A DNA stretch of 64,000 nucleotides from Dehalococcoidia bacterium. GTDB lineage: Bacteria > Chloroflexota > Dehalococcoidia > UBA2979. The stretch covers positions 768,001 through 832,000 of the forward strand of contig OZ253555.1 in the NCBI GenBank assembly GCA_965262725.1, given 5' to 3'. The notes under the pieces were generated by a model. The model was not told the origin of the DNA. It saw only the letters and a list, made by a program, of their open reading frames with translations, and made no database searches. Shown piece by piece: positions 46,929 through 56,009 of the stretch. The stretch's first letter is position 1. Each line of letters starts with the position of its first letter. The position numbers and the translations under genes are program-made.

Positions 46929-47737
46929 GCCTCCCGGGGTTCGATCTCTCCGGTCGTGTGGCGATCGTGACCGGCGCGGGCGGCGGGTTCGGGCGGGAGA
47001 TCGCGTTCTCGCTCGCGCGCGTTGGCTGTGACGTCGTCGCTGCGGGCCGACGCGAGCCTCCGCTTCAGCGCGCGGCGGCTGCCGTCCGGGAGCTGGGCCG
47101 CCGAGCGCTCGTGCGCCCGACCGACGTCACCGACTCGGCGCAGGTGAACGCTCTCGTTCAGGAGACGATCGCGGAGTTCGGGCGCGTCGATGTGCTCGTG
47201 AACAACGCCGGATCCTACGCCGGGATCGCCGCGGGCCCGCTCGCTCAACTCACCGACGAGGAGTGGCGGGCCGGTCTCGACGCCAACCTCACGGGGGCCC
47301 TCTACTGCGCGCGCGCCGTGCTGCCGAATATGATCGCGCGCCGCAGCGGCCGCATCGTCTCCATCGCCTCCGGGCTCGGTCTCCGCGCGCGCCGTGACGA
47401 CTACGTCTACTCGGTGGCGAAGGCGGGTGTGATACAGCTGACGCGCGCGCTCGCCGCCTCCCACGGACGCGACGGCGTCTGCGCGACTGCGGTGGCGCCC
47501 GGCCTCTTCCCGCTCGACGCCGGCGAGGAGGAGCGCGCGCGCCTGGGCGAGCGGCAGGTCGCGGGGCGCGTCGGGCGGCCGGAGGAAGTCGGACCGGTCG
47601 TCGCCTTCCTCGCCTCGGACGCCTCCGCCTATCTCAACGGCACCACGCTCTCGCTCGACGGCGGGGCGTCGGCGGGCGGGCTCGTCCCCGCCGGCCTGGC
47701 CGCGACGCACGCCGCGGCCGGGAGGACGGCACCGTGA
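46925..47737 (+). CDS. SDR family oxidoreductase
   Basis: TGAGGGFG, NNAG, IAS, YSVAK, DGG. Confidence 0.92.
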   Translation: MSLPGFDLSGRVAIVTGAGGGFGREIAFSLARVGCDVVAAGRREPPLQRAAAAVRELGRRALVRPTDVTDSAQVNALVQETIAEFGRVDVLVNNAGSYAGIAAGPLAQLTDEEWRAGLDANLTGALYCARAVLPNMIARRSGRIVSIASGLGLRARRDDYVYSVAKAGVIQLTRALAASHGRDGVCATAVAPGLFPLDAGEEERARLGERQVAGRVGRPEEVGPVVAFLASDASAYLNGTTLSLDGGASAGGLVPAGLAATHAAAGRTAP

Positions 47738-48522
47738 CGTCCTGGCCGCCCGCGGAGCTGGCGGGGCGCACTGCGCTGGTGACGGCGGCGGTGGGCCCTC
47801 TGGGCCGGGCGCTCGCCGTCGGGCTCGCCGAGGCCGGGCTGAACGTCTCGGTGACGACCCTCACCGGCGTGTGCGAGGAGGAGTTCCAGGCGAACTCGAT
47901 CCTCAACGAGTGCTGGTCGCTCGGCCGCCGCGGGGGGGCGTACGCGCTCGATCTCGCCGACCCCGGCGCGGTCGAATCGGCGCTCGATGCCGTGGAAAGC
48001 GCAGCGGGCCCCATCGCGGTGCTCGTGAACGCCGCGCAGGCCGCGCAGGCCGTGCCGGTCGTCCCGGCCGTGGAGGCCGATGCCGTCGCGTGGGAGCGCG
48101 CCCTCCGGCTCGGGGCGACGGCGATCTTCGTGCCGACCCTCGCCGCGGGGAGGCGGATGCTGGCGCAAGGACACGGGCGCGTCGTCAGCGTTGTCTCCGT
48201 GCTGCACGACCGCGGCGCGCCGGGCGGGTCGATGGTCGGCGCGGCGTCGGGCGCGGTCGCGGCCCTCACGAGGTCGCTCGGCGTGGAGTGGGCGCGCAGC
48301 GGCGTGACCGTGAACGCGCTCGCCGTCGGGCTGATCGAGGGTCTTCCGGGGCCGCACGCCGACGCCGAGACGCGCGCGGCGCTCGAGCGCTACATCCCGT
48401 CGCGCCGCATCGGCCGGCCCGACGACCTCGTCGGCGCGCTGCTCTACCTTGTTTCGGACGCGGCCGCCTACGTGAACGCCGAGGTGCTGGCGGTCGACGG
48501 CGGACTGGCGGTCCACGCGTGA
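47734..48522 (+). CDS. SDR-fold protein lacking YxxxK
   Basis: TAAVGPLG, VNAA, VGAAS in place of YxxxK, GVTVNAL, RIGRPDD, VDGG. Confidence 0.82.
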   Translation: MTSWPPAELAGRTALVTAAVGPLGRALAVGLAEAGLNVSVTTLTGVCEEEFQANSILNECWSLGRRGGAYALDLADPGAVESALDAVESAAGPIAVLVNAAQAAQAVPVVPAVEADAVAWERALRLGATAIFVPTLAAGRRMLAQGHGRVVSVVSVLHDRGAPGGSMVGAASGAVAALTRSLGVEWARSGVTVNALAVGLIEGLPGPHADAETRAALERYIPSRRIGRPDDLVGALLYLVSDAAAYVNAEVLAVDGGLAVHA

Positions 48523-49142
48523 GCTCGCCCGCAGCGGACGGCGCGTTGCGCGGGGGGCACCGCCGCGCCCGGGCCCCCGCGCCGCTCGGCCGGCCCGGTC
48601 CCTCCTGGGACGGGAGCGGTCTCCTCGGCCGCCCCGCGCCGCACCAGGCAGCCGACGCTGCCCGGACGCGCCCGCCCCCGGACGTCGCCAGCCCCCCGCG
48701 GCCCGCCCTGGAGGGGCTGGACCTCCGGCGCGACGGCTCCGTCGCCGGACTCGGACGTCGCGCCGTCGGCTTCATCGCCGATGAGTTCACGCACCGGCTC
48801 ATCCTGCTGGTCGTGCTGATCGTCACCGGCGCCGACGTCGACTCTCCCGGCTTCTTCGCGCTCGCGATCGCGATCCCGGTCGCCTACCACTGGACCTTCG
48901 ACTCGCTCGGCTGGTCGCCGGGGAAGCGCGCCGCGGGGCTACGCTTGATCAACGACCGCGGAGAGCCGCCGGGGTCCCTCGCCGGCGGCGTCCGCGCGGT
49001 GGTCGTGCTGCTGATCCCGTTCTACCTGAGCTACGTCTGGGCCGTCTGGGATTCCCGCGTGCAGACCCTGCACGACAAGGCCGCCCGCACCTACGTGGTG
49101 CCGCTCTCCGAGCTATCTCGGGAGGACGCCGAGCGGCGGTAG
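48519..49142 (+). CDS. RDD family membrane protein
   Basis: GTGA overlap; RRAVGFIAD, SPGKRAAGLR, QTLHDKAART.VV. Confidence 0.85.
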   Translation: MSSPAADGALRGGHRRARAPAPLGRPGPSWDGSGLLGRPAPHQAADAARTRPPPDVASPPRPALEGLDLRRDGSVAGLGRRAVGFIADEFTHRLILLVVLIVTGADVDSPGFFALAIAIPVAYHWTFDSLGWSPGKRAAGLRLINDRGEPPGSLAGGVRAVVVLLIPFYLSYVWAVWDSRVQTLHDKAARTYVVPLSELSREDAERR

Positions 49143-49185
49143 CGTGGGATCCTCGGCCGACCCCCCGGCGACCGGTCTCAGGGGC

Positions 49186-50166
49186 TTACCAGGGGAGCGA
49201 GCGGGGCTGGAGGACCTGGCGGACCTGCCCGTCGCCGACGAGCGCAATGAGGTCGAGCGAGCCGTACGTCGCCGGGCTCATCCCGCGCAGCGCGGCCGTG
49301 ACCAACTCCTCCTCCATGTGGCCAATCGCCGTGATCACCAGGAGCACGGCGAGATCGACCTCCCGCTCGGCGCGCTGGGAGACAGCGCGCGCCACGGCGC
49401 GGCGGAAGAGGCGGCGCACGAGCGATCCGTCAAGCGGCCAGAACCTCGGGGGCGCGCCGACGAGCGTGACACCGATCGGCGCATCGCCCGGCAGGCGGGA
49501 GAGCAGCCAGTAGTCGTGGAGTGGGACGGCGCTCACCTCCCCGGCGGCGAGCAGCTCGGCGCGGTCGCGCACGCGGGAGATCAGGATCGCCTGCTCCGCC
49601 TCCTGCTCCGGGAGGCGGCGCAGCGGCCGCGAATCGAGGTGGAACGCCCCCGATACGCCCTCCGAGAGATGGGTCCATAGCGGGGACATGCCACCGGCGA
49701 CGGAGACGTACGAGCCCTGCTCATCTACCTTCGCGAGCTGAAGCGTGACGGGTATGCGCACCTCGCGGCGCTCGCCGGGGGCGAGTCCGGTGAGGCCGCG
49801 CGCGAGGAGGAGGCGTAGCTGGGAGCGAGCGGGCTCGCCGTCGGGCAGCTCGGCTCCCGGCGGCACCCAGACGACGTAGGCGCCGCCCCCCTCCGCGGGC
49901 CCGGCGGCCGCGGCATCGGCGCTCAGCAGGCCCTCCATCGCCTCGGCGCCGGGCGGGAGGCCGGGCGGATCGCAGAGCACGGCGACCGAGACCCCGACGG
50001 TCCGCTCCCGCTGCTGGAGCGTCGCGTCGAAGGGCGACGGCTCCCCGGCCCCGGGCCGGAACGTCCGGTAGTAGCGCTCGCTCATCCACGCGGTGAGCAT
50101 CGCCAGGCCCGCGTGCTCGACCCGGGTGAGCTCGCTGCCGGAGGCGGCGTCGGGCGGCGATCTCAC
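49186..50166 (-). CDS. Hypothetical protein
   Basis: 326-aa ORF with globular composition and strong GC3 bias; family not recognised. Confidence 0.65.
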   Translation of the reverse strand: MRSPPDAASGSELTRVEHAGLAMLTAWMSERYYRTFRPGAGEPSPFDATLQQRERTVGVSVAVLCDPPGLPPGAEAMEGLLSADAAAAGPAEGGGAYVVWVPPGAELPDGEPARSQLRLLLARGLTGLAPGERREVRIPVTLQLAKVDEQGSYVSVAGGMSPLWTHLSEGVSGAFHLDSRPLRRLPEQEAEQAILISRVRDRAELLAAGEVSAVPLHDYWLLSRLPGDAPIGVTLVGAPPRFWPLDGSLVRRLFRRAVARAVSQRAEREVDLAVLLVITAIGHMEEELVTAALRGMSPATYGSLDLIALVGDGQVRQVLQPRSLPW

Positions 50167-50206
50167 GCCGGGATACGCCGTGCCCGGTGAGATGGCCGGC
50201 GGAGGC

Positions 50207-50638
50207 TCAGCCCCCGGCCTCCGCCTCGGTGGCGGCCCTCTGTCGCGCCTCCCGGCGGTCGAGCCACGGCATGACCGCGTTCAGCAGCACCTCCCACGCG
50301 ACGGCGAGGTTGAGGAGGAGGAAGCTCACCACGCCGACCCACTTGAATACGGTCGCGAGCGCGGTCGTCCCGTCGCCCGTTCGGTGCAGCCAGTTGACGG
50401 CGATCACCATCAGCACGATGAGAGCGAGCAGCCCGAGCACGGCGTCCCAGCGGCGGATGAAGCGGCTGAGAAGGGCGATCACGGCCGCCCCGATGGCGAT
50501 GTTCTGCGAGAGCCCCGCCAGCAGCACGGTGTGACGGTGATCCCAGAGCTCGTACGAGGCGAGGAAGAGTAGGAAGAGGAGGGGCCCGCCGAGCGTGGCG
50601 ATGGCGATGCCCACCAGATCCCGTCGTGTGAACCGCAT
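50207..50638 (-). CDS. Hypothetical four-TM membrane protein
   Basis: Four hydrophobic helices; purine-rich SD before ATG. Confidence 0.7.
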   Translation of the reverse strand: MRFTRRDLVGIAIATLGGPLLFLLFLASYELWDHRHTVLLAGLSQNIAIGAAVIALLSRFIRRWDAVLGLLALIVLMVIAVNWLHRTGDGTTALATVFKWVGVVSFLLLNLAVAWEVLLNAVMPWLDRREARQRAATEAEAGG

Positions 50639-50765
50639 CCGCGCCCCCTGCCGGCTCCGGCCCTTCCACGTGCGTTCGGTCCGCCGGCCCGATGGTAGCG
50701 CGATTCGCCGGAGGGTGGAGCACGCTGTGCGCCCCGCCGACGTCCGACGGCCGCCGCTCTGCGGT

Positions 50766-51545
50766 CTAGATGTTCGAGCGCGACTGGCCCCCGTCGACGT
50801 TGAGGGCCGCGCCCATCACCCACGAGGCTCGCGGCGAGGCGAGGAAGACCGCCGCCTGGGCCACCTCCTCCGGCCGACCGAAGCGCCCCGCGGGAATCTC
50901 CCGCTCGACGAACTCCCGCATCGCCTCCGGCTCCCTTCGCAGCCGTTCGCCCCAGGAGCCGCCCTCGAAGGCGATGGAGCCCGGCGCCACGACGTTGACG
51001 CGGATGCCCGCCTTGGCCCAGGCGAGCGCGTAGGCCTTGCTCGCGGCGATGAGCGCGGACTTCGTCGCGTTGTACGCCGCCGATCCGCCCGCCTCGCGGC
51101 CGTAGATCGAGGCCACGTTCACGATGGCGGCGCCGCCCGGGCGCTCGGCGGCGCGGCGCGCGAGGTGGGGGTGGCAGAGTTCCATCAGCCGTACCGGGGC
51201 GAGCAGGTTCGTCTCGTACGAGCGTCCCCACCTCTCGTCGAGCCCGTCGTCGCGGAAGGATCCGCCCGCGTTGTTAACGAGCACGTCGACGCCGCCGAGC
51301 CGGGCGGCGGCGGTCTGGACCAGGCGGTCGCAGTCGGCCGGGTCGGTGACGTCGGCGGCGATCGGGATCGCCTCGGGCGCGCCGGCTGCCCGCACGCGCT
51401 CCGCGGCGGCATCGAGCGCGGCGGAGTCCCGCGCACAGAGGGCGAGGCGGGCGCCCTCGCCCGCCAGCGCCTCGGCGATGGCGAGGCCGATGCCGCGGCT
51501 GGCGCCGGTCACGATAGCGGCGGCGCCAGCCAGTCCGAGATCCAT
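50766..51545 (-). CDS. SDR family oxidoreductase
   Basis: TGASRGIG, NNAGG, VASIYG, YNATK, VDGG. Confidence 0.93.
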   Translation of the reverse strand: MDLGLAGAAAIVTGASRGIGLAIAEALAGEGARLALCARDSAALDAAAERVRAAGAPEAIPIAADVTDPADCDRLVQTAAARLGGVDVLVNNAGGSFRDDGLDERWGRSYETNLLAPVRLMELCHPHLARRAAERPGGAAIVNVASIYGREAGGSAAYNATKSALIAASKAYALAWAKAGIRVNVVAPGSIAFEGGSWGERLRREPEAMREFVEREIPAGRFGRPEEVAQAAVFLASPRASWVMGAALNVDGGQSRSNI

Positions 51546-51666
51546 GACCGCCCCCTTCTCTCCCGCCCGTAGGCCGGCGCGGCGAGCGGTGCGATCGTGG
51601 CGGGAGGGGCCGGCGGCGTCCACCCCGCGGCCTCCCGGTGCTACGGTTTTGGGGAAGGGGGCTCGC

Positions 51667-52446
51667 ATGAGCGGCGGGACCACGTCTCAGGCGGTGCGTG
51701 TGTCGGTCGAGGACGGCGTCGCGACGATGGCGCTCGGCCCGCCCGGCTGCCGCTTCGATCGCGCGACGCTCGACGCGATCGCGGCGACGTGCGCCTCGCT
51801 CGCGGACGAGCGGGATCAGGTCCACGTCGTCGTCGTCGCGGCATCGGGCGCGGATCTCGGTCTCGGCTGGGGGCCGGACGCCGTGGCCGGGACGGACCCC
51901 CGCAGGGCAGGCGCGCCGCTCGGCGCGGCGTTCGAGGTTTTGGCGGAGTTGCCGCAGCCGACCGTCTGCGCAATGCGGGGGCGCGCGTTCTCCGCCGGGC
52001 TCGAGCTGGCGCTCGCCTGCGATCTACGCATCGCCGAGCAGGGCTCCCGCTTCGCGTTTCCTGATGTCGCCGACGGCCGCGTCCCGCGCGGCGGGGGCAC
52101 GCAGCGCCTGCCGCGGGCCGTCGGGATCTCGCAGGCGCTGCGGCTCCTCCTGACCGCCGAGGAGATCGACGCCGACGAGGCGCTGCGCATCGGGCTCGTC
52201 TCGGAGGTCGCCCCGGCGGGCGCGGCGGCCTCGGCCGCTCGGGCCGTCGCGTGCCGCATCGCCTCGCGCGGCCCCGTGGCGATCCGCTTCGCGAAGGAGG
52301 CGGTGGCGCGGGGAATCGAGCTGCCCCTCCCCCAGGCGCTGCGCCTGGAGCACGATCTCACCGTTCTGCTGCAGGCGACGGCGGACCGCGAGGAGGGCGT
52401 CCGGGCCTTCCTCGAGCGCCGCCCCCCGCGCTTCGAGGGCCGCTAG
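51667..52446 (+). CDS. Enoyl-CoA hydratase/isomerase family protein (partly degenerate)
   Basis: AGLELALACD, FPDV, GGTQRLPR, EGVRAFLERR.P.F. Confidence 0.88.
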   Translation: MSGGTTSQAVRVSVEDGVATMALGPPGCRFDRATLDAIAATCASLADERDQVHVVVVAASGADLGLGWGPDAVAGTDPRRAGAPLGAAFEVLAELPQPTVCAMRGRAFSAGLELALACDLRIAEQGSRFAFPDVADGRVPRGGGTQRLPRAVGISQALRLLLTAEEIDADEALRIGLVSEVAPAGAAASAARAVACRIASRGPVAIRFAKEAVARGIELPLPQALRLEHDLTVLLQATADREEGVRAFLERRPPRFEGR

Positions 52447-52504
52447 GGGATGGCGGCACACAGGCGCGTGCTGCGGTGCGTCCGGGCGGCCACGGGAGGA
52501 CGGG

Positions 52505-53239
52505 GTGGCTAGCGGCGTCGCCCTCGATCGCCGGGACGACGCGCTCTGGGTGCGGCTCGACCGGCCGGAGAAGCTGAACGCGATCAACCTCGAGCTGCGC
52601 GACGCGTTGTGGGAAGCGCTGACGCTCGTGCGCGACGACCCGACACTCCGCGTCGTCGTCTTCGAGGGAGCGGGGGAGCGGGCCTTCAGCGCCGGCGCCG
52701 ATATCTCCGAGTTCGGCACCGCCCCCTCGTTGCTCGACGCGCGTGCTGCGCGCCTTCGGCGCGACATCTGGGGCCTGCTCGGCGCGCTCGACCTCCCCCT
52801 CGTCGCCGCGCTCCACGGCGTCGTCTTCGGAGCCGGCCTCGAGCTGGCGCTCGCCTGCGATCTGCGCGTCGCCGCAGAGGACGCCCTGCTCGCGCTTCCG
52901 GAGGTGGGCCTCGGCTACATCCCCTCGGCGGGCGGCACGCAGCTGCTGCCGCGCCATCTCCCGGCCGGCGAGGCGGCGCGCATGATCCTGACGGGCGATC
53001 CGATCGACGCGGAGCGCGCGTATGCGCTCGGTCTCGTGCACGCTGTCGTGTCGCCGGCCGAGCTCGCCGAGGCCGCGGGTGTGTGGGCGGCGCGTCTGGC
53101 CACGGCCGATCCGCTCGCCCTGCGCCTGACGAAGCGCGCGGTCCTCTCCGGCAGCGACCTCCCCCTCGGAGAGGGGATCGCGCTGGAGCGCCGGCTCGCC
53201 GCGGTCGCGTCGGCGACGAGCCCTCGGCGGGGCCCGTGA
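52505..53239 (+). CDS. Enoyl-CoA hydratase/isomerase family protein
   Basis: RPEKLNAI, AFSAGADI, GAGLELALACD, LPEV.LG..P.AGGTQ. Confidence 0.92.
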   Translation: MASGVALDRRDDALWVRLDRPEKLNAINLELRDALWEALTLVRDDPTLRVVVFEGAGERAFSAGADISEFGTAPSLLDARAARLRRDIWGLLGALDLPLVAALHGVVFGAGLELALACDLRVAAEDALLALPEVGLGYIPSAGGTQLLPRHLPAGEAARMILTGDPIDAERAYALGLVHAVVSPAELAEAAGVWAARLATADPLALRLTKRAVLSGSDLPLGEGIALERRLAAVASATSPRRGP

Positions 53240-53766
53240 GTGCCGGCGCGCCGGAGGGCGTCCCGGGCCCGCCCGCCGCCAGCGGGTGGCGGGCGGTGCC
53301 GGAGCGGCTCCGCCGGATTGCGTGGGGCCCCCTCGCGCTCCTTCTGGTCTCGGCGATCGCGGTCGGGACGGTGATCGTGGGCAACGTCCGCGGTCCGGGG
53401 ATCACGGTGCGCTACGTCGATGCCGGGCCGCTCTCCGACTACGAGGTGGCGAAGGTCGTCTTCCTGCCGGCCGAGAATATCTACGTGGTCGGCCTTGCCG
53501 ACGGCCGGCTGCGCGCCGTCGATGGCGAGGTGGAGGGCTCCCGGTGCTCCGTGCGCTACCTGCCGGAGGACGGGCGCGGCCGTGCGCGCAACCCGCTCGG
53601 CGTCAGCGGCGTCTTCGAGGATCCCTGCGCGGGCTCGCTCTGGGCGGTGACCGGGGATGGGCTCGCCGGGGAGGCGGAGCCGCTGCGCACGCGCTTCGTG
53701 TGGATCAGGACGGCCGAGGACGGTGTGCAGCACGTCTTCGTGGAGGTAGCCGACGTGGATCGTTAG
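53236..53766 (+). CDS. Membrane-anchored Rieske-fold-like protein without canonical [2Fe-2S] ligands
   Basis: GTGA overlap; TM helix; AVDGEVEGSRCSV and FEDPCAGSLW..TG align with the Rieske boxes. Confidence 0.6.
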   Translation: MSAGAPEGVPGPPAASGWRAVPERLRRIAWGPLALLLVSAIAVGTVIVGNVRGPGITVRYVDAGPLSDYEVAKVVFLPAENIYVVGLADGRLRAVDGEVEGSRCSVRYLPEDGRGRARNPLGVSGVFEDPCAGSLWAVTGDGLAGEAEPLRTRFVWIRTAEDGVQHVFVEVADVDR

Positions 53767-53879
53767 CCGAGGCGGCCCCCTCCGGTGGTCTCGTCGCGAT
53801 TGACCGGCCTCGGTATAGTTGCGCGGCTCTGCGGTCGAGCAGGCGCGATGCGGCGGGGGAGAACGGCAGGGGGTGAGGG

Positions 53880-54359
53880 CTGGCGACGCCGCACGAGCAG
53901 CCGACTGGCGTCAAGCCCGGCTGTCTTGTCGCAGGGGGGCTCTTCGTCGCCGGCGCGCTGGCAGCGATCGTCGTCGTCGCGCTGCTTCCGCTCCTCGACG
54001 ACGGCGCGATCGATCTCGGGCGCATCGACGGCTATCGGCCCGGCTCGGTGGTGTACCGCGCCACGGACGGCTTGTACGTGGTGCGCTCCGCGGAGGGGGA
54101 GCTGCTGGCACTGTCGGACGTCGACCCCCACAACCGGCCGGCGCGGAGCGACTGCCGGGTGACGTTCCGCCCTGATCTCGCCCCCGCGGCGGGCGTCGCC
54201 GGGGCGACGGGAGTGGGTGTCTTCTTTGATGCCTGCACTGGATCGATGTATGACATCTCCGGGCGGGGGCTGTCGGGAGACGGGTTCGACCTCAGGCGGA
54301 TCGAGATCGAGCGTTCCGGCGACTCCTTCTCGGTGTCGCCGGAGGCGATCCAGGAGTAG
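53880..54359 (+). CDS. Second membrane-anchored Rieske-fold-like protein (probable CTG start)
   Basis: TM helix lies upstream of the first GTG (54048); ALSDVDPH...DCRV and FFDACTGSMYD.SG. Confidence 0.65.
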   Translation: MATPHEQPTGVKPGCLVAGGLFVAGALAAIVVVALLPLLDDGAIDLGRIDGYRPGSVVYRATDGLYVVRSAEGELLALSDVDPHNRPARSDCRVTFRPDLAPAAGVAGATGVGVFFDACTGSMYDISGRGLSGDGFDLRRIEIERSGDSFSVSPEAIQE

Positions 54360-54392
54360 CCTCGCCGCGCCCCTCGAGGGCGAAGGGAGACG

Positions 54393-55946
54393 ATGAACAC
54401 CGCGGATTTCCTCACCATCACGGCGGGGAGCGTGCCGGATCGGGTCGCGGTGAGCGACCCCGACGAGAACGTGACGTATCCGACATTGCTCGAGCGCGCC
54501 CAGCGGCTCGCGCACGCTTTCGCCGATCTGGGCGTTGGCAAGGGGCACAACGTCGGCGCGATGTCGGTGAACAGTGCCGCGTTCCCGGAGATCTACTACG
54601 CGACGGCGATGGTTGGCGCGACCTTCGTGCCCCTCAACTACCGGGCGCGGTCCGACGAGCTCGAGTACATGCTCTCGGCGGCGGACGTGAACGTGCTCTT
54701 CGTTGCGGGGCGCTACTCCCCGCTGCTCGGAAGCGTGAGGCCATCCCTCCCCGGCCTTGAGCACGTCTTCGGGCTCGATTTCACCCCCGACGGCGGGGAG
54801 ACGCTCCCCGAGCTGCGCGAGAGGGGCGCTGCGGAGCCGTTCTATCGGGAGGTCGACGACGCGGACCCCGTTCTCATCATTTACACCTCGGGGACAACGG
54901 CTCAGCCGAAGGGCGTCGTGCTAACCCACAAGACCCTCACCGCCTACGTCATCAACACGCAGGCCCCGGCGGACCCCTCCGCTCAGCAGGAGGTCACGCT
55001 CGTCTCCGTCCCGTTCTTTCATATCGCCGGGGCGACGACGATGCTGGGATCGGTCTGGTCGGGACGGCGGCTCGCGATCCTGCCGCAGTTCAACCCGCAG
55101 GACTGGCTCGAGACCGTCGAGCGCGAGCGCGTCACGCACGCCTTCGTGGTCCCGACGATGCTCAAGCGCCTCATGGAAGTTGACGACTTCGACCGCTTCG
55201 ACCTCTCCTCGCTCCAGCTCATCACCTACGGTGCCGCGCCGATGCCCTTCGAGGTCGTCCGCCGTGCCTGCGAGGTCTTCGACTGCGGCCTGATGAACGC
55301 CTACGGGCAGACCGAGTCGACCTCGACCCTCACGTACCTCTCCCCGGACGATCACCGGCTCGACGGCACGCCGGAGCAGGTCGAGCGCAAGCTGGAGCGG
55401 CTCCGCTCCGTCGGGCGCCCGATGCCCGATCTCGATGTCGCCGTGCTGGCGCCGGACGGTCGCCGACTTCCGGCCGGCGAGGAGGGCGAGATCTGCGTCC
55501 GGGGCGACCGCGTTATGCGCGAGTACCAGGGACGCGGCGAGGAGACGGCCGCGGCGCTTGCCCAGGGCTGGCTGCACACGGGCGACGTCGGTCGTTTCGA
55601 TGAGGACGGGTATCTCTTCATCACCGGTCGCGTGAAGGACATGATCATCCGAGGCGGCGAGAACATCGCGCCGGCGGAGATCGAGCAGGTGCTGGAGGAT
55701 CACCCCGCCGTCGCCGAGGCCGCCGTGATCGGCGTGTCCGACGTGGAGTGGGGCGAGATCGTGAAGGCGGTTCTCGTGCCCGTTTGGGGCGCGGAGGCAG
55801 GGGAGGCCGAGCTCACGGAGTACGTGAAGAGCCGCCTCGCCTCCTACAAGGCGCCGGCGCTCTATGAATGGGTGTCGGAGCTGCCGCGCAACCACCTCGG
55901 GAAGATCCTGAAGAACGAACTGCGCGGGGAGTCCACGACGGGCTAG
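54393..55946 (+). CDS. Long-chain fatty acid/acyl-CoA ligase (AMP-binding)
   Basis: YTSGTTAQPKG, YGQTE, HTGD, R.KDMIIRGGENI, P.N..GKI.K. Confidence 0.94.
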   Translation: MNTADFLTITAGSVPDRVAVSDPDENVTYPTLLERAQRLAHAFADLGVGKGHNVGAMSVNSAAFPEIYYATAMVGATFVPLNYRARSDELEYMLSAADVNVLFVAGRYSPLLGSVRPSLPGLEHVFGLDFTPDGGETLPELRERGAAEPFYREVDDADPVLIIYTSGTTAQPKGVVLTHKTLTAYVINTQAPADPSAQQEVTLVSVPFFHIAGATTMLGSVWSGRRLAILPQFNPQDWLETVERERVTHAFVVPTMLKRLMEVDDFDRFDLSSLQLITYGAAPMPFEVVRRACEVFDCGLMNAYGQTESTSTLTYLSPDDHRLDGTPEQVERKLERLRSVGRPMPDLDVAVLAPDGRRLPAGEEGEICVRGDRVMREYQGRGEETAAALAQGWLHTGDVGRFDEDGYLFITGRVKDMIIRGGENIAPAEIEQVLEDHPAVAEAAVIGVSDVEWGEIVKAVLVPVWGAEAGEAELTEYVKSRLASYKAPALYEWVSELPRNHLGKILKNELRGESTTG

Positions 55947-55949
55947 CGA

Positions 55950-55981
55950 ATCCCCCGCTCGGCCCGGGCCGAGCGGGGGAT
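55950..55981. repeat. Perfect 32-bp palindrome between the ligase and the FadF-like gene
   Basis: ATCCCCCGCTCGGCCC|GGGCCGAGCGGGGGAT. Confidence 0.85.
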
Positions 55982-56009
55982 CGAGCAGGGGTTAGAGAGG
56001 GAGCGCGAG

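Noticed and set aside
53800-53819. TTGACC...TATAGT as a canonical promoter
   Set aside because: Spacer is only 8 nt; the -10 box may be real but the pair is not a standard sigma70 promoter.
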